A DNA stretch of 64,000 nucleotides from Lepidodermella squamata. Its lineage: Eukaryota; Animalia; Gastrotricha. Every line of letters begins with the position of its first letter. Position 1 is the stretch's first letter. The DNA lies in the NCBI GenBank assembly GCA_047495785.1, contig JBLDXI010000001.1:3968001-4032000 (forward strand), given 5' to 3'. Position numbers and translations under genes: made by a program. Positions 52,833 through 64,000 of this stretch are shown piece by piece. Under the pieces are notes generated by a model. That model was not told the DNA's origin. It ran no database searches and was given only the letters and a program-made list of their open reading frames with translations.

Positions 52833-53377
52833 AATTCCAGCAAAGAACTCGCAAACTTTTAAAGATGATGGCTACGTTTTCAGTAAATTATAAAATTCTG
52901 GGTGGTATGAGAGAACGAGCTTGTGATAAATGTTCCAAGTTGACTGTCGAATTTAATAACCCAATTTTCTGCGGATGCAGGGTGGCTTTTGTGTTGTTGA
53001 TTTTACTCGTTGTTTTTGTTACGTTTTCCATGTTGTGAAGTTATATATCAAAAGTGAGGTGCTTTTTTACTCGAGCTGCAGTTGATCACACAACTCTAGT
53101 GAACAAAGAGCGCGGTTTATTTGATATTTGTTATACTACCTATTGATATGCCGATGATAGATTTTTCTGTCGCTGTTGAAACTCACGACGTGGCGACAAC
53201 GCTCGCTATTTTTTCAGTTTACGGAGAATAAAATGAACAGATTATTGAAAGCCGGCTTTTCATGTTCCTTTTACTCGACGGTAAAGACATAGATATCTTC
53301 AGTATAGGATTTTATTCGGATATATTGAAGCTACTTCCAATGTCCGCGTTGAAACATGAAACTCCGAATAAAGCGTA

Positions 53378-53729
53378 TTAATGAAATCTTCGGAAATGAG
53401 ACTCGCCGCGAGCTTTGTCCCAACCGGTGTTATCGCAATATGACAGCACGTAGCAAGTCTTAGCGCGGGTGTATACGTATGCTCCACAGTACTGGGCGTC
53501 GCACTCTCCTTCACACTCCTCACGAGACGAGATGTTTGAAAGAGTATCCATGACGTTTGTGCTCCCTTCAACCGAACCTTTGTTGAAGCAAGAATATCGT
53601 CCCGTAATAAAACCTGTAATGTTGGTAGAATTACTAGTCAGTGTCCTAAGGCGTTACGTGGAAATCCTTACCGGCAGAAACCGTGGAAATAATTGCGGCA
53701 ACGAAAAGTAGCGTGATGTGACTGCGCAT
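53378..53729 (-). CDS. Small secreted PAN/Apple-like six-Cys protein, 97 aa, 2 exons (53729-53672, 53613-53378)
   Basis: MRSHITLLFVAAIISTVSA|GFITGRYSCF...SREECEGECDAQYCGAYVYTRAKTCYVLSYC; GTAAG/TTACAG intron of 58 nt; TATAAA at 53789-53784. Absent from the ORF track. Confidence 0.8.
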
Positions 53730-54266
53730 TGTTGAAAAAAAGTGTGAGCTATAGGTAATGATGAATTCATGGTTTACATCTGGTTTATATGCTGCTCAAC
53801 TTGACGCATATCATGACCGCGACCTTAGCGATGGAGAAGCAAGGTATCCAATCTTTGTTTTAAACTAAAGCCGAGGCCAGTTCTGGGATATGTGTGGTTT
53901 ACAAAGCATCTTAAACGAGATCAGAAACAGAAGAAAGGCGAGCCCGTTTTACTAAAATTAAAAAGTAGAGAGAAACATATCGCTCAATGACCCAGCCCTC
54001 TTCCCGAGTAATACGGTTGACCGTGAGCTTCTTGCGTTGCCTTTTGTCACCGCTGCATACTGCATACTTAATAATAGTATATTTTTGTTGCTGGTTCAAA
54101 ATAACAACATAAAGGCAATTTCCTTTATTTTTTACATGATATCTATCAGGTTAGTTTTACGACTGTCAAAACATTTCACTCCAAGCACGTGATTTGACAA
54201 CGCTTAAGTTTAACAACATACACTCAAGAGCGCATCTTTAGTACACAAATCATCGTCACAAAGCTA

Positions 54267-55431
54267 TCATGTGCAATTGGCTTTGAAGACTATAGAAATC
54301 ATGAGCGCTGACATTGTCATGGCGTACAAGGATTGTCGGTTGTAGACGCTTTGGGCGCCTGAAGCGCCGCGCGTCCGCAGTAGCGCAGCCGTTGATTTAT
54401 AGCCGGCGTACATGGCCGTCGATAGAGCCGTCGCTCCTCGATTGTTTTTCGCTTCGATATTCGCGCACCGATCGAGCAGCAGCTCAACAACATCGGTGCG
54501 ACCCGCAAATGAGGCAGCTATCAAAGCAGTTGTACCGTCATTGTTACGTGCTTCGACCTAAAATATTGTTGAAATGAAATATGTGATCATAGTTTTCTAA
54601 GCTAGTTTTTGTTTTTAGTTTCATTCCCCCTTTTCAGGGGGTGAGCCGAATCCCGGAGGTACTGCAATACCGGGCCGACTCGTGGACGGGGTCCAGCAAG
54701 CTGGCTGCTCCCGCCCGGCTAGCCAAAAATAGGGCTAATATCGTAGGCCCCACATGGAGGCCGTTGTAGATATTAAACTACAAAGAACAGATACTACACT
54801 TTGATCATAGCCAAAAAGGCCGAGAAGCGATACTTTTTTGAAAAAAAATTTTTGACGGCGTTCTGGACTGAGAATCTCTTCGATTAGCACTGGCATTTGC
54901 ATATGCGCACCGTGCACTGGCTCATTAAGTGACGTTTGTAGTGTGAATAATCGCTAAGCTCCACCCACTGGCACGCGCACACTTAATATGATTCATAAGA
55001 TCGCGTGTCAGTGGTAGAACGCGCGCACTGACAAGTGATAAGCGGGTTTAAGCGTAATTTCGCACGCGCTTCCAGTTGAAATTTACCTTGGCTCGTGCGT
55101 CCAGTAGCATTTTGCAGGTTTCATAACGCCCAGCGAATGCGGCGACGATAAGCGGCGTTGACAGTTCAAAATTGCGCGCCTCAATATTTGCACCTTTGTC
55201 CAGCAGTAGTTTGGCAATAGCTGTATGTCCCAGGTAGCAGGCGAAAATCAACGGCGTCGCACCGCTGTTATCTCGCGCTTCGATATTGAGACCGCCCAGA
55301 TTCAACAAATTAGCTACCATATCGATTCGATTGTAGAAAATCGCCGTGAACAGCTCATCATCGTTTACCCCAGAAACTGTATGCAGCATTGCGACAATTG
55401 CTGCCGTCAAGATGATCGGGTAAAATCGCAT
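54267..55431 (-). CDS. Signal-peptide ankyrin-repeat protein A with GPI-like tail, 211 aa, 2 exons (55431-55087, 54557-54267)
   Basis: MRFYPIILTAAIVAMLHTVSG; about 5 ANK repeats (GATPLI.A..G..IAKLLLDKGANIEARN); RGASGA followed by a hydrophobic C-terminus; phase-0 intron. Confidence 0.88.
54639..54831 (-). ncRNA. U2: U2 spliceosomal snRNA, about 193 nt
   Basis: Minus strand reads ATCGCTTCTCGGCCTTTTTGGCTATGATCAAAGTGTAGTATCTGTTCTT; branch-recognition GTAGTA; stem IIa TGTAG-TTTAATAT-CTACA; Sm site ATTTTTG; stem IV CCCGGTATTGCAGTACCTCCGGG. Confidence 0.96.
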
Positions 55432-55697
55432 TTTATTTCTGAAACTAGTGTTGTGGTTTAAAAATGAATTTATGCCCTTGAAATTCTTTATTTACTTAAA
55501 GCTGATGTTCTTGATACCTGCGGCGTAAGATATTCGGTTTATTTTCAGTGTAAAACGCTCGTAAACACCGTGCAATAAACAATATCAGCCACTTGGGATA
55601 TTCGAAACGAGTACCATTTCACCTTGAAAACATTACTAATTCACTTTTACTCAGATTGCGTGCAGGTTAGGTTTGCGTATGAAATTTTTTTACAGCG

Positions 55698-56339
55698 TCC
55701 TAGTGATTCGACAAAGGTATTAGGGATTGGTGTGCCAATTATTAGGTTATTAGGTTTGCTTTTCGAAAGCTGATCGATTATCTCGAAAACAACACTTCTT
55801 CTACACTTTAGCCACTGTTACTGAAACCATGATTTTCGGTATTTTCAATGGCTTCCTACTAGCCAGAACCTATTGTCCGCCTTCATATTGGAATCCGACC
55901 GTTTCTGAAACTTTGTTTCGATACACCATGGTTGTGATCTCATCGTGTTGCTATTTGCTGAATGCAGGCTTTAGGGAAACCGAATTCGAATATGTAACTC
56001 GACGGCTGGAAAAGTAATCACGCTTATTTTCTATTGGGTTGAAAAATGCGAGTTATTACATTTTTCAGGCGCGCCGACAGCTATACATTTGGTGATTTTG
56101 CCCAAGAAGAATCGCAGACGATCGCGGCTGTGAATCTCGAAGGCGGCACATACAGCGGTCTCGTACGCCAACGGACAGTGGGCAATCTATCGACAGATAA
56201 TGGTTCTTCAACCGTCGAATCTACTCCATTAGTCACTGGATCAAATATTCATGTTGAAGAAGGACGGAGTGATTCGGCAGGAACCTTGAATTGCAATGAT
56301 GCTGAAATATCCGAGGAAATCGATTCAACGACAGGGTGA
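55698..56339 (+). CDS. Possible small membrane protein (partial model, about 3 exons)
   Basis: ORFs 55829..56017 and 56046..56339 are joinable by a short GT-AG intron; hydrophobic segments then an acidic tail; start not located. Confidence 0.4.
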
Positions 56340-56651
56340 TTGCCTTCCAACTTCGAATCTACCTATCGTTAGCGTCGTTGAATAACTAGGATTTAGGCTG
56401 GTTTACATCCGTTTCAAGGCGACGGGTGACAAGTAAAAAGTCTTTTGTTTTGCCTCTTCATTCACGTTAAAAAACTGGTGTTCAGCCTATTTTCTAGCGA
56501 TCAGGCACGCGACTGACGTGGCAAAGACGCGAAAAGTTAGTTTTATCATTATGTGTTACTATTTCCGGCACACTGTTACGGCGCGCAAGTCGCGCTATGT
56601 GGCCAAAACAAATTTTCATTGGCAAATCATTTTATTCGAAATTGGCGAAAA

Positions 56652-57275
56652 TCATAGTTGAGAAAAGAATATCAAGGCTAGGAATAAGCAGAATAGACTG
56701 ATTGCGTCATGATGTAGCAAACTAGACGCCCCAGAGGCGCCGCGACTCCTTAAATAATCAGCAGTGTCCTTAAAACCGGCCTTCCTCGCAACAGCCCAAG
56801 CTGTTTGCCCATCATAATTTTTCGCCTCAATCCTCGCTCCTCGATCTAAGAGTAACCGGCACGTATCCGACTGACCCGCTGCAGCAGCTGCTATCAACGC
56901 TGTATTGCCGTCCTTGTTAACAGCCTCTATTTGAGCCCCTTTAGCGGTTAGGGTATCACAAGCGTCAGTTCGACCAGCAGAGGCGGCTGCGATCAGCGCT
57001 GTAGACATGTCGTAACGCCTGGCCTCTAACTCAGCCCCACGTTCGATGAGCATATTCACGATTTTCGAATTGCCGACGATACTTGCGACAATCAAGGGCG
57101 TCGCGCCACCCGAGTCGCGTTGCTCCAGGTTGATTGCATCAGTTGCGAGTAAAGCTTGAACTCGGTCCACGTTGTTGTCGGTTATTGCTGAGAAAATATT
57201 ATCGCTTGTTGATTGGGAGGACGCAGAACCCAGGTAACACAAAAACAGCAGAAAAGATGTGATTAAAAGCGACAT
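56652..57275 (-). CDS. Signal-peptide ankyrin-repeat protein B with GPI-like tail, intronless CDS
   Basis: MSLLITSFLLFLCYLGSASS; about 5 ANK repeats; RGASGASSLLHHDAISLFCLFLALIFFSQL-stop. Confidence 0.88.
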   Translation of the reverse strand: MSLLITSFLLFLCYLGSASSQSTSDNIFSAITDNNVDRVQALLATDAINLEQRDSGGATPLIVASIVGNSKIVNMLIERGAELEARRYDMSTALIAAASAGRTDACDTLTAKGAQIEAVNKDGNTALIAAAAAGQSDTCRLLLDRGARIEAKNYDGQTAWAVARKAGFKDTADYLRSRGASGASSLLHHDAISLFCLFLALIFFSQL

Positions 57276-57671
57276 TGGCCATGCAGCAACTTCACAAACC
57301 ACCTCTAGATTACGCGAAGTACAACTTTCTTGATCAAATTTTAGAAAAATTCAGTTTACCTGTGGTATCAAATCTTGCCTGTCGTAGTATGCACCTACTG
57401 ATAGGTAAATAAATGACAAGAAACGCTGCTTTAGTTCAAGTCTTCATTGACGGCTACGCGAAACTTCGCTGCGTAGTCCATTCATCACTCAGCTACGTTG
57501 ACTGCCGTACTCTCTCATTCATTCATATTCATGCGTCTCCAGTATTGTGACAGAACATTCACACATGTATCTCGCCCTCAAATGAATGCAATAATCGCTC
57601 GATTATGACATATAACGTCGTATTTATTGAATATGTATAAATTGAGCGTATTTCATGAATGTAAAAATCGA

Positions 57672-58304
57672 TCAATGAGTCATGAACTCGAATATTGTTT
57701 GGACATCTGTAACAAAAGCAGTGGTACTTGCTGCTAGAATGAAGCTCAAAACCCGCGGAAGAATATGAGGCGCTCCAGACGCGCCGTGGATCAACAGCAT
57801 ATCGGCCATATCCAAGTACCCCAATCGTCTCGCAACCGCCCAAGCTGTATCTCCATCGTAACTCAACGCATTTGTATCCGCGTTAGAATCTAACAGAAAT
57901 TTGCTCGTCTCCAGTTTGCCGCCGTGGGCTGCTGCGATTAACGGTGTCCAACCGTCTCGATTTCTAGCTTCGATCGACGCTTTGAAATCGAGAAGGACAC
58001 GGCATACATCAGTGCGACCGGCGAATGCTGCGTTGATAAGGGCTGTGGATAGCGAGGTGTCCCTTGCTTCGATACTAGCACCGTGTTCCAGCAGCATTCT
58101 TACGATGTCAGTATACCCGAGGTAACTTGCGACTATCAGCGGAGTTGCGCCATTTACGTCACGAATTTCAGCGTCGTAGCCCGATTCCAGCAGGGTAGCA
58201 ACGTTTTCAAGCCGATTATTGTAAATCGCGACAAAAAGGTCGTCATTTGCTCCAACAGTATTAAGCAACGCTGCAATACTAAGTGTCACATATAATTCGC
58301 GCAT
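57672..58304 (-). CDS. Signal-peptide ankyrin-repeat protein C, intronless CDS
   Basis: MRELYVTLSIAALLNTVGA; about 5 ANK repeats; HGASGAPHILPRVLSFILAAS tail. Confidence 0.88.
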   Translation of the reverse strand: MRELYVTLSIAALLNTVGANDDLFVAIYNNRLENVATLLESGYDAEIRDVNGATPLIVASYLGYTDIVRMLLEHGASIEARDTSLSTALINAAFAGRTDVCRVLLDFKASIEARNRDGWTPLIAAAHGGKLETSKFLLDSNADTNALSYDGDTAWAVARRLGYLDMADMLLIHGASGAPHILPRVLSFILAASTTAFVTDVQTIFEFMTH

Positions 58305-59971
58305 ATTTTTGTTAAATTTATCAATCCATCGAGCGTATTTTTAGCTGAATGGAAATGTGTAAAGCAATGGATTCTGAAATGAATTATATATGATTGTTTA
58401 CAGCCACGCGCTTGTTTGTTTGCAAGGGAGTGTGGACCGAGAGGGCTATTTTCGAATCACCGGAAAGCACGCAACTTGAGATTAGCTTCAACTTTTAGTT
58501 TATTTAAGTCTCATTGTGCTGCGGCGAATGCCAAATCGATGATTCTTTGACCAGCAATGTGCGGATAAGTTGTAACATTCTCGAAAATGTCAGCTATGAT
58601 AAACTCAATTGTGATCACTGCCTCAAACTCAATCATTCCTATTTTGTCATGGTGTTGGGGCACCAAAACCGAGCTCCATTTTAGGGAACTCTACTCACCG
58701 TGTGAGGGAATGACGGCTGAAACATGCTTTCAACGACACATTCAGTAAAATAGCTGATGTTCAAATGCTACAAACTGCAGAGACGAAATGAGCTGCCCAA
58801 TTGAGGGAACAAAGTGTGTTAAGCCGACTTCATCAACATTTGCTCTCAGACCTAGAACATGGCCGACGTTGCTAGAGAATAAAAGCGGTCTGTTTAGCAG
58901 AAATTAATTTCTTCAACTGTTTAATCCGTGACTAAAAGTGGCATTTTTCAACCAAGATAGCATTTTGCATGGACATTGCATTCAATTTTTAACGTTTCCC
59001 CTTTTCGTGTATATCTGAACGCTTGTCTACAGCAGCATTCGTATAGTATGTAGGCTAATTTATCGATTTCCATACAATTTAAAGAATCTTTCATGCAGCA
59101 AGTACTACGCTTGCAGCACATACAGGTCGAAAAAGAGGTCGCAGTACATAGTAACACATTAGAGTGATGAGAATGTGCTCATTTATTTGCCAACTGATGT
59201 ATTGCTTTGAGATTTTTATCACCTTTCAGTTGAACAAAAAAAGGTCATGCCATTCATATTCAATGATGAGTACGTGATTACTCGATTCCACCTATAAGCA
59301 TTCTTCTTTCATTGAAGTAAACTTGTGCCGCTTTCCTACCAGGTGTTTAGCAGCATCGGCTTTCCGCTCGGTGTAAGCATAGCTAAAAGCTTGATATTTA
59401 GGTAATAGACTGCTGCTATTTACCCTAAAAAAGTATGAGAGCTACGACACTTTGGCGGCGAATCGCGTAATCATCATTAGCTGCAGTGTGTGACAAGTGA
59501 TGTGCGTTATATATTCCACGCCGTCTATATTCCACGCCGCCTATAGGCTCAATAGCAAACCGTGCGTATTATTTTACCTGTGCGTTTTTTTTTGAATTAT
59601 TTGCGCATCACGGCCGGTGAGAAAAAGCTTATTCGCTGTTCGTTATATACCACATCAATGTATACAGTGACAAGGGGCGATATGATGAACACAGCCTAGA
59701 GCGCTACGCCGCCAAAAAACCACGGAACAAGCGATTATTGCGTCACGGTTCTGTCTAACCCGCTAGACATGGGACCATCTTATGCCCATATCCAGCCAAG
59801 ACAAGTGCCTATTATTTGCGCCATACCGGCCACGGCGCATTGTCTCAATTCGAGCAAATAAGTAGCTTTGTTTTTTTGTAATATTCATTTTTTGTATCTT
59901 CGTTGCCGCGTTATATAGGCTGTCTGAATACTTTAAGTGAAAAAAATTGAAGGCTTGACTTTTATTGCGGC

Positions 59972-62900
59972 ATGAATCGAGGAGTAACAACTCCCAGCTC
60001 ACCAACTACTCCGCCGCCTCTTTTCATCGTTGAGGTAAGTACATGTCATTTTTGTAATGAAAAAAATATGACAGCTTATTCACGTCTTGATGAACCACAG
60101 CCCAGCAACAATGAGCAAACGTTTTACAAGCGAAATAGGACTAAACTAACGATTGGAATTGTTCTGTCTGTTGTAACTTTCGGCATTTTTTCGCTGATAT
60201 GCTACTTCATACGGAAACTTTGGATCAAATTTGCTTACGACAAATGTGAACCTTCAAAATGCTCAGTGGTGTTCATCAAGGTTTGTTAGAATCTCTATCG
60301 AACTTTCTCGAAATTTAACTCCGAATTTCAGGACCGTGCAACAGGAAAATCTTCCTATTACTACGTCAAATATTTCTCACCTGATGGTTTAGAGTTGAGG
60401 CCTCATTCGTGGCTCGAAGATGGCCTTGAAGCCTCAGATTTCGTATGCCCCAGAATTGATGTCGGAGAAGGATGGTGGCTCTACTACGACGAAGCTGCTC
60501 GCAGTTTCATTCGATATGAAGGGCCATCTCACCAGCCGTCCTCCCTCAACAACAGCCAAAGAGCTTTTTCGAGAATCATCAATATGGAAGAGGAAGAGGC
60601 AAATCGGAATATAGCGAATCAGCTTGAAAACGGGCCTAATTGGTTAAATTTCGGAAAAGATGATGAAAATGAGTTGGTTGGTTACCGCAAAGTGCCATTT
60701 CTTCAGTTTCTGTTGTATTTCGAATTCGTGATTTCTGCTGGAATATTTTGGCTATTCTGCTACTGGCAGCCGTATTTAGAGCTGTATCTTACTCATCGAA
60801 GGTGCAATTTACTAGCAGCTGATACAATCCTAGCAATGACGCCGCCGAATAAAGCGAAAAAGCAACGATCTGCCGTTGAAATCTTCCCACCTTGGCTACA
60901 GAAGCTGTTCGACTCCGGCGTTATTCATATTTTCATCATATTTCTACCGATCGGGCTGTTCTTCATGCTAGCGATGAATGTTGCTCTTCATATAATGCTA
61001 AGGCGTAAGTTTTTTATCGAGGTTTTCAAAATGGGCGGAGCTTAGAAATTATACTCACCATAGCCTCATAAATAATATCGAATTAATCCCTCTTTCATGA
61101 TTTTCAGCATACGCGGTCAGGAAAGTGCAACATTCAACTCGAGACGGTCAACATGTTACCTTGCCCGTAAGCTCAGCTCGAATCATCGGCTACTTCAAAG
61201 GAACTTCATGCGCCGAAGCTTCTGTTATCAAGTTTTTCACATGGCAAAAAGTGAAATACGTGTGGAGCGGCGTTACAACATACCAAACGCCGCAAAATCA
61301 AAACAGAATCGTACCTGCGTATCGTTTCGAACGTCAAACCGGCCTTGTAGCCTCAGATGACGTCGATTCAAGAAGTCAAGAGGCGAAAGCGCAATGCAAG
61401 CATCAAGTAATGGGTGTTGCGCCGACGTTGTCTTTTCTTCATGGCAGGAAAGGAATGACTCAGAAGGATGTTGCGCTGACCAGCGGACTGTTAGGCCCGA
61501 ATAAGATGAATTTACCTCTCACGCCGTTGTTCGTCGTCTTCCTTCGCGAAATTCTCAGCCCATTCTACATTTTTCAAATCTTCTCAGTTGCAGTTTGGCT
61601 GGCGGATGGCTACTTCGTCTACGCGTATATCATCATAATCCTATCCGGTGTTTCAATGATTTGGCAAATAGTTGCGATTCGAATGCGAGAAGTTGCGCTG
61701 AGAAAAACGATGCATAAAAGCGCCCCGGTTGAGGTTATAAGACCCGGTTCAAGTGAAACTAGTTTTGTAGAGCCAGAATTTCTGGTGCCCGGTGATGTAA
61801 TTGTGATCCCTAGTGGTGGTTGCATTCTTCAATGTGATGCAGCTATTTTATCCGGTACTTGTTTAGTCGACGAAGCTATGCTTACAGGAGAATCTGTCCC
61901 GGTGTTGAAATTCTCCTTGCCCCCGGTGAAGCCAGATGGTTCTGATGATGAGTTGCTGCAAATTCGTCGTAATGAGCGGAGTTTACTATTCTGTGGTACT
62001 AGGGTGCTTCAAGCTAATAGTCAAGGCAGTTTGGATGGGAAAATCCGTGCCGTAGTCATTAGAACCGGTTTCATGACGGCGAAAGGCGAACTTACCCGGC
62101 TGATTCTCTACCCGAAACCTTTGGATTTTGAGTTCGCAGTTGATGCCGTCAAATTTATTGGAGTTATGGCAGCTATCGCTTTTGTTGGTTTGTGCTATAG
62201 TATTGGACTCCGCGTTTCTCGTGGGGAAGAGTAAGTGTTTCACCTCAAGTTGAATTTAGCCAATTTTGTGATTTTTAGGAGAAACATTATCATACTTCGA
62301 TCTCTCGATATTATAACAATCGCCGTTCCTCCAGCGCTTCCAATCGCCCTGACCATCGGCTACATGATGGCTCAGCGCAGACTGCAAAAACGAAGTGTTT
62401 TCTGCACAAGCCCAAGTGCCATCAACGTCGCTGGAGTGGTCGATGTCGTTTGTATGGACAAAACTGGAACTATGACTGAGGGTGGTCTGGACTTCGAGAA
62501 GCTACTCCCGGTGAAAGATGGCCATTTCGTCTCACATACCACCCCAGCTACTCTGCCAGACGATCATTTACTTAGGTGCCTAGTTTCCTGTCATTCCCTG
62601 GCTTTGATCGATGGCAAGGCGATTGGCGATCCTATTGAGGAGAAAATGTTTGAACTAGCGAATTGGCACTTGCGACAATCTGATGTTGGCCAGACGTTCA
62701 CCCTCGGCTCAGCAAATAATGAAAAATTCTCGCCGCTTATGGTCGTTCGTCCTCCAGAAACTGGCCATAGCATGGCTCCAGCGATCGGAGTTGTGCGACA
62801 GCTCCCTTTTTCATCCCACTTCCAGCGAATGTCAGTTGTTGCATGCCCCGTTTTCGAGCAAGGCCAGCACTTGAATGAAACTGATAATATGGCTTTGTAT

Positions 62901-64000
62901 CTCAAAGGAGCTCCTGAGGTTGTAGTCAACATTTGCCGAGTTACGACCGTCCCGGCTGATTTGGACATTCATCTTGGTGCTTTGACAGAAAACGGCTATC
63001 GAGTCTTGGGCCTGGCCACGAAATCCTTGTCCGGCTACGCTTTGAACGAAATTCTAGGCGCGGATCGGGATGATTTGGAACGAGATCTTGATTTCCTCGG
63101 TTTTCTGGTCTTTGAAAACAAACTGAAGCCTGAAACATGCGGTGTTATTAACAAGTTGAAACAAGCTAAACTGAGGACGATCATGCTAACTGGTGACAAT
63201 GCATTGACTGCTGTAAGCGTGGCGAGACAAGCTGGAATCATTGAAGAGAAGGACCAGGTCTTGATAGTTAATGCGTTCGCTCCATCGCCCGATACCAACA
63301 ATAAGCCTGTCCTTAACTTTATCGAGGTCCAAAGGCGATTCACCGGAAACGAGTCGGAATCAGAGGTTAACTCACCGCGAAATGTTGCGGTTCCTGTTAA
63401 AACTGGGAAATTCAAAGGCGGGGAAAGGCCACCCAGTTACATCCTAGACATGCTTCCTATAGCTCCGTCCAAGGCTATAAAGCTAGTTGTCACTGGATCT
63501 TCCTGGGCTGCGATAAAGGACCACTTCCCAGAGGAGATTGATCGAATTCTGATGCGAGGAGCTGTATTCGCTCGAGTAAATCCTAATCAGAAGAAGGATG
63601 TTATCGAAGGACTACAAAGACTGGGCCTTTACGCCTTGATGTGTGGAGATGGTGCTAATGACTGTGGTGCTCTGAGAGCTGCGTGTACCGGCGTTAGTTT
63701 ATCACAAGCTGAAGCTAGTGTCGCGAGTCCTTTCACCTCAAGAATCGAAAACATCTCGTGCGTCCATTTACTAATTCGAGAGGGACGATGTGCTTTGGTT
63801 ACTTCCTTCTCAATCTTCAGGTTTATGTTACTTTATGGTAAGAATTTCTTTTTGTTAAGTACGGATGGTTATTCTTGTTTGGTTTTAGCGTTCATCCAGT
63901 TCATCTCTACCTTCATTTTGTACTACACCCGAGCTAATTTGAGCCAATACGGGTTCCTTTACGCTGATCTATTTCTCGCAACGACTTTGGTCTTCACGAT
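59972..64000 (+). CDS. P5B-type ATPase (ATP13A2/3/4/5-like polyamine transporter), multi-exon, 3' truncated by the window
   Basis: PFYIFQIFS, LVPGD, DEAMLTGES, VPPALP, CMDKTGT, FQRMSV, KGAPE, MLTGDN, FAR.NP.QK, MCGDGANDCGAL. Confidence 0.93.

Noticed and set aside
52646-52843. Minus-strand ORF with RING-like DDCALCL
   Set aside because: It is the antisense of the in-phase terminal MLK exon 52676-52832; the rest of a RING is absent.
59510-59541. 16-bp tandem duplication TATATTCCACGCCG(T/C)C, and a similar duplication near 30787
   Set aside because: Two adjacent copies without spacers; simple slippage, not CRISPR-like.
58400-59900. Possible gene between ankyrin C and the ATPase
   Set aside because: Could not assemble a consistent exon chain or recognise any motif.

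Overview
Eukaryotic (animal, invertebrate-type) genomic DNA from a compact, gene-dense genome. Most introns are GT-AG and about 45-70 nt; a short TTAGGG tract is present. No prokaryotic features or CRISPR arrays were seen. About 27 spliced gene models were rebuilt by hand. Recognisable conserved genes are a DUF229 protein, a phospholipid scramblase, a somatomedin-B/family-B GPCR, pitchfork (with tandem RFX X-boxes), GEN1, a RING/B-box/NHL protein, a DAZAP1-like RRM protein, novel PKC delta/theta, an MLK-type MAP3K and a P5B ATPase (ATP13A, runs off the window). Four regions stand out. (1) A 13-kb cluster of six secreted paralogs with galaxin-like di-cysteine modules and compositionally distinct disordered N-termini. 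(2) Three tandem ankyrin-repeat genes that carry a signal peptide and a GPI-like tail. (3) A complete, apparently functional U2 snRNA gene inside the only intron of one ankyrin paralog; the other two paralogs lack that intron. (4) A secreted mucin-like gene nested antisense in, and nearly filling, the single intron of the GPCR. There is also a Sola2-like non-autonomous DNA transposon, a LINE relic and a small PAN/Apple secreted gene that the ORF track misses. All family assignments come from motif recognition by eye; no database search was run.
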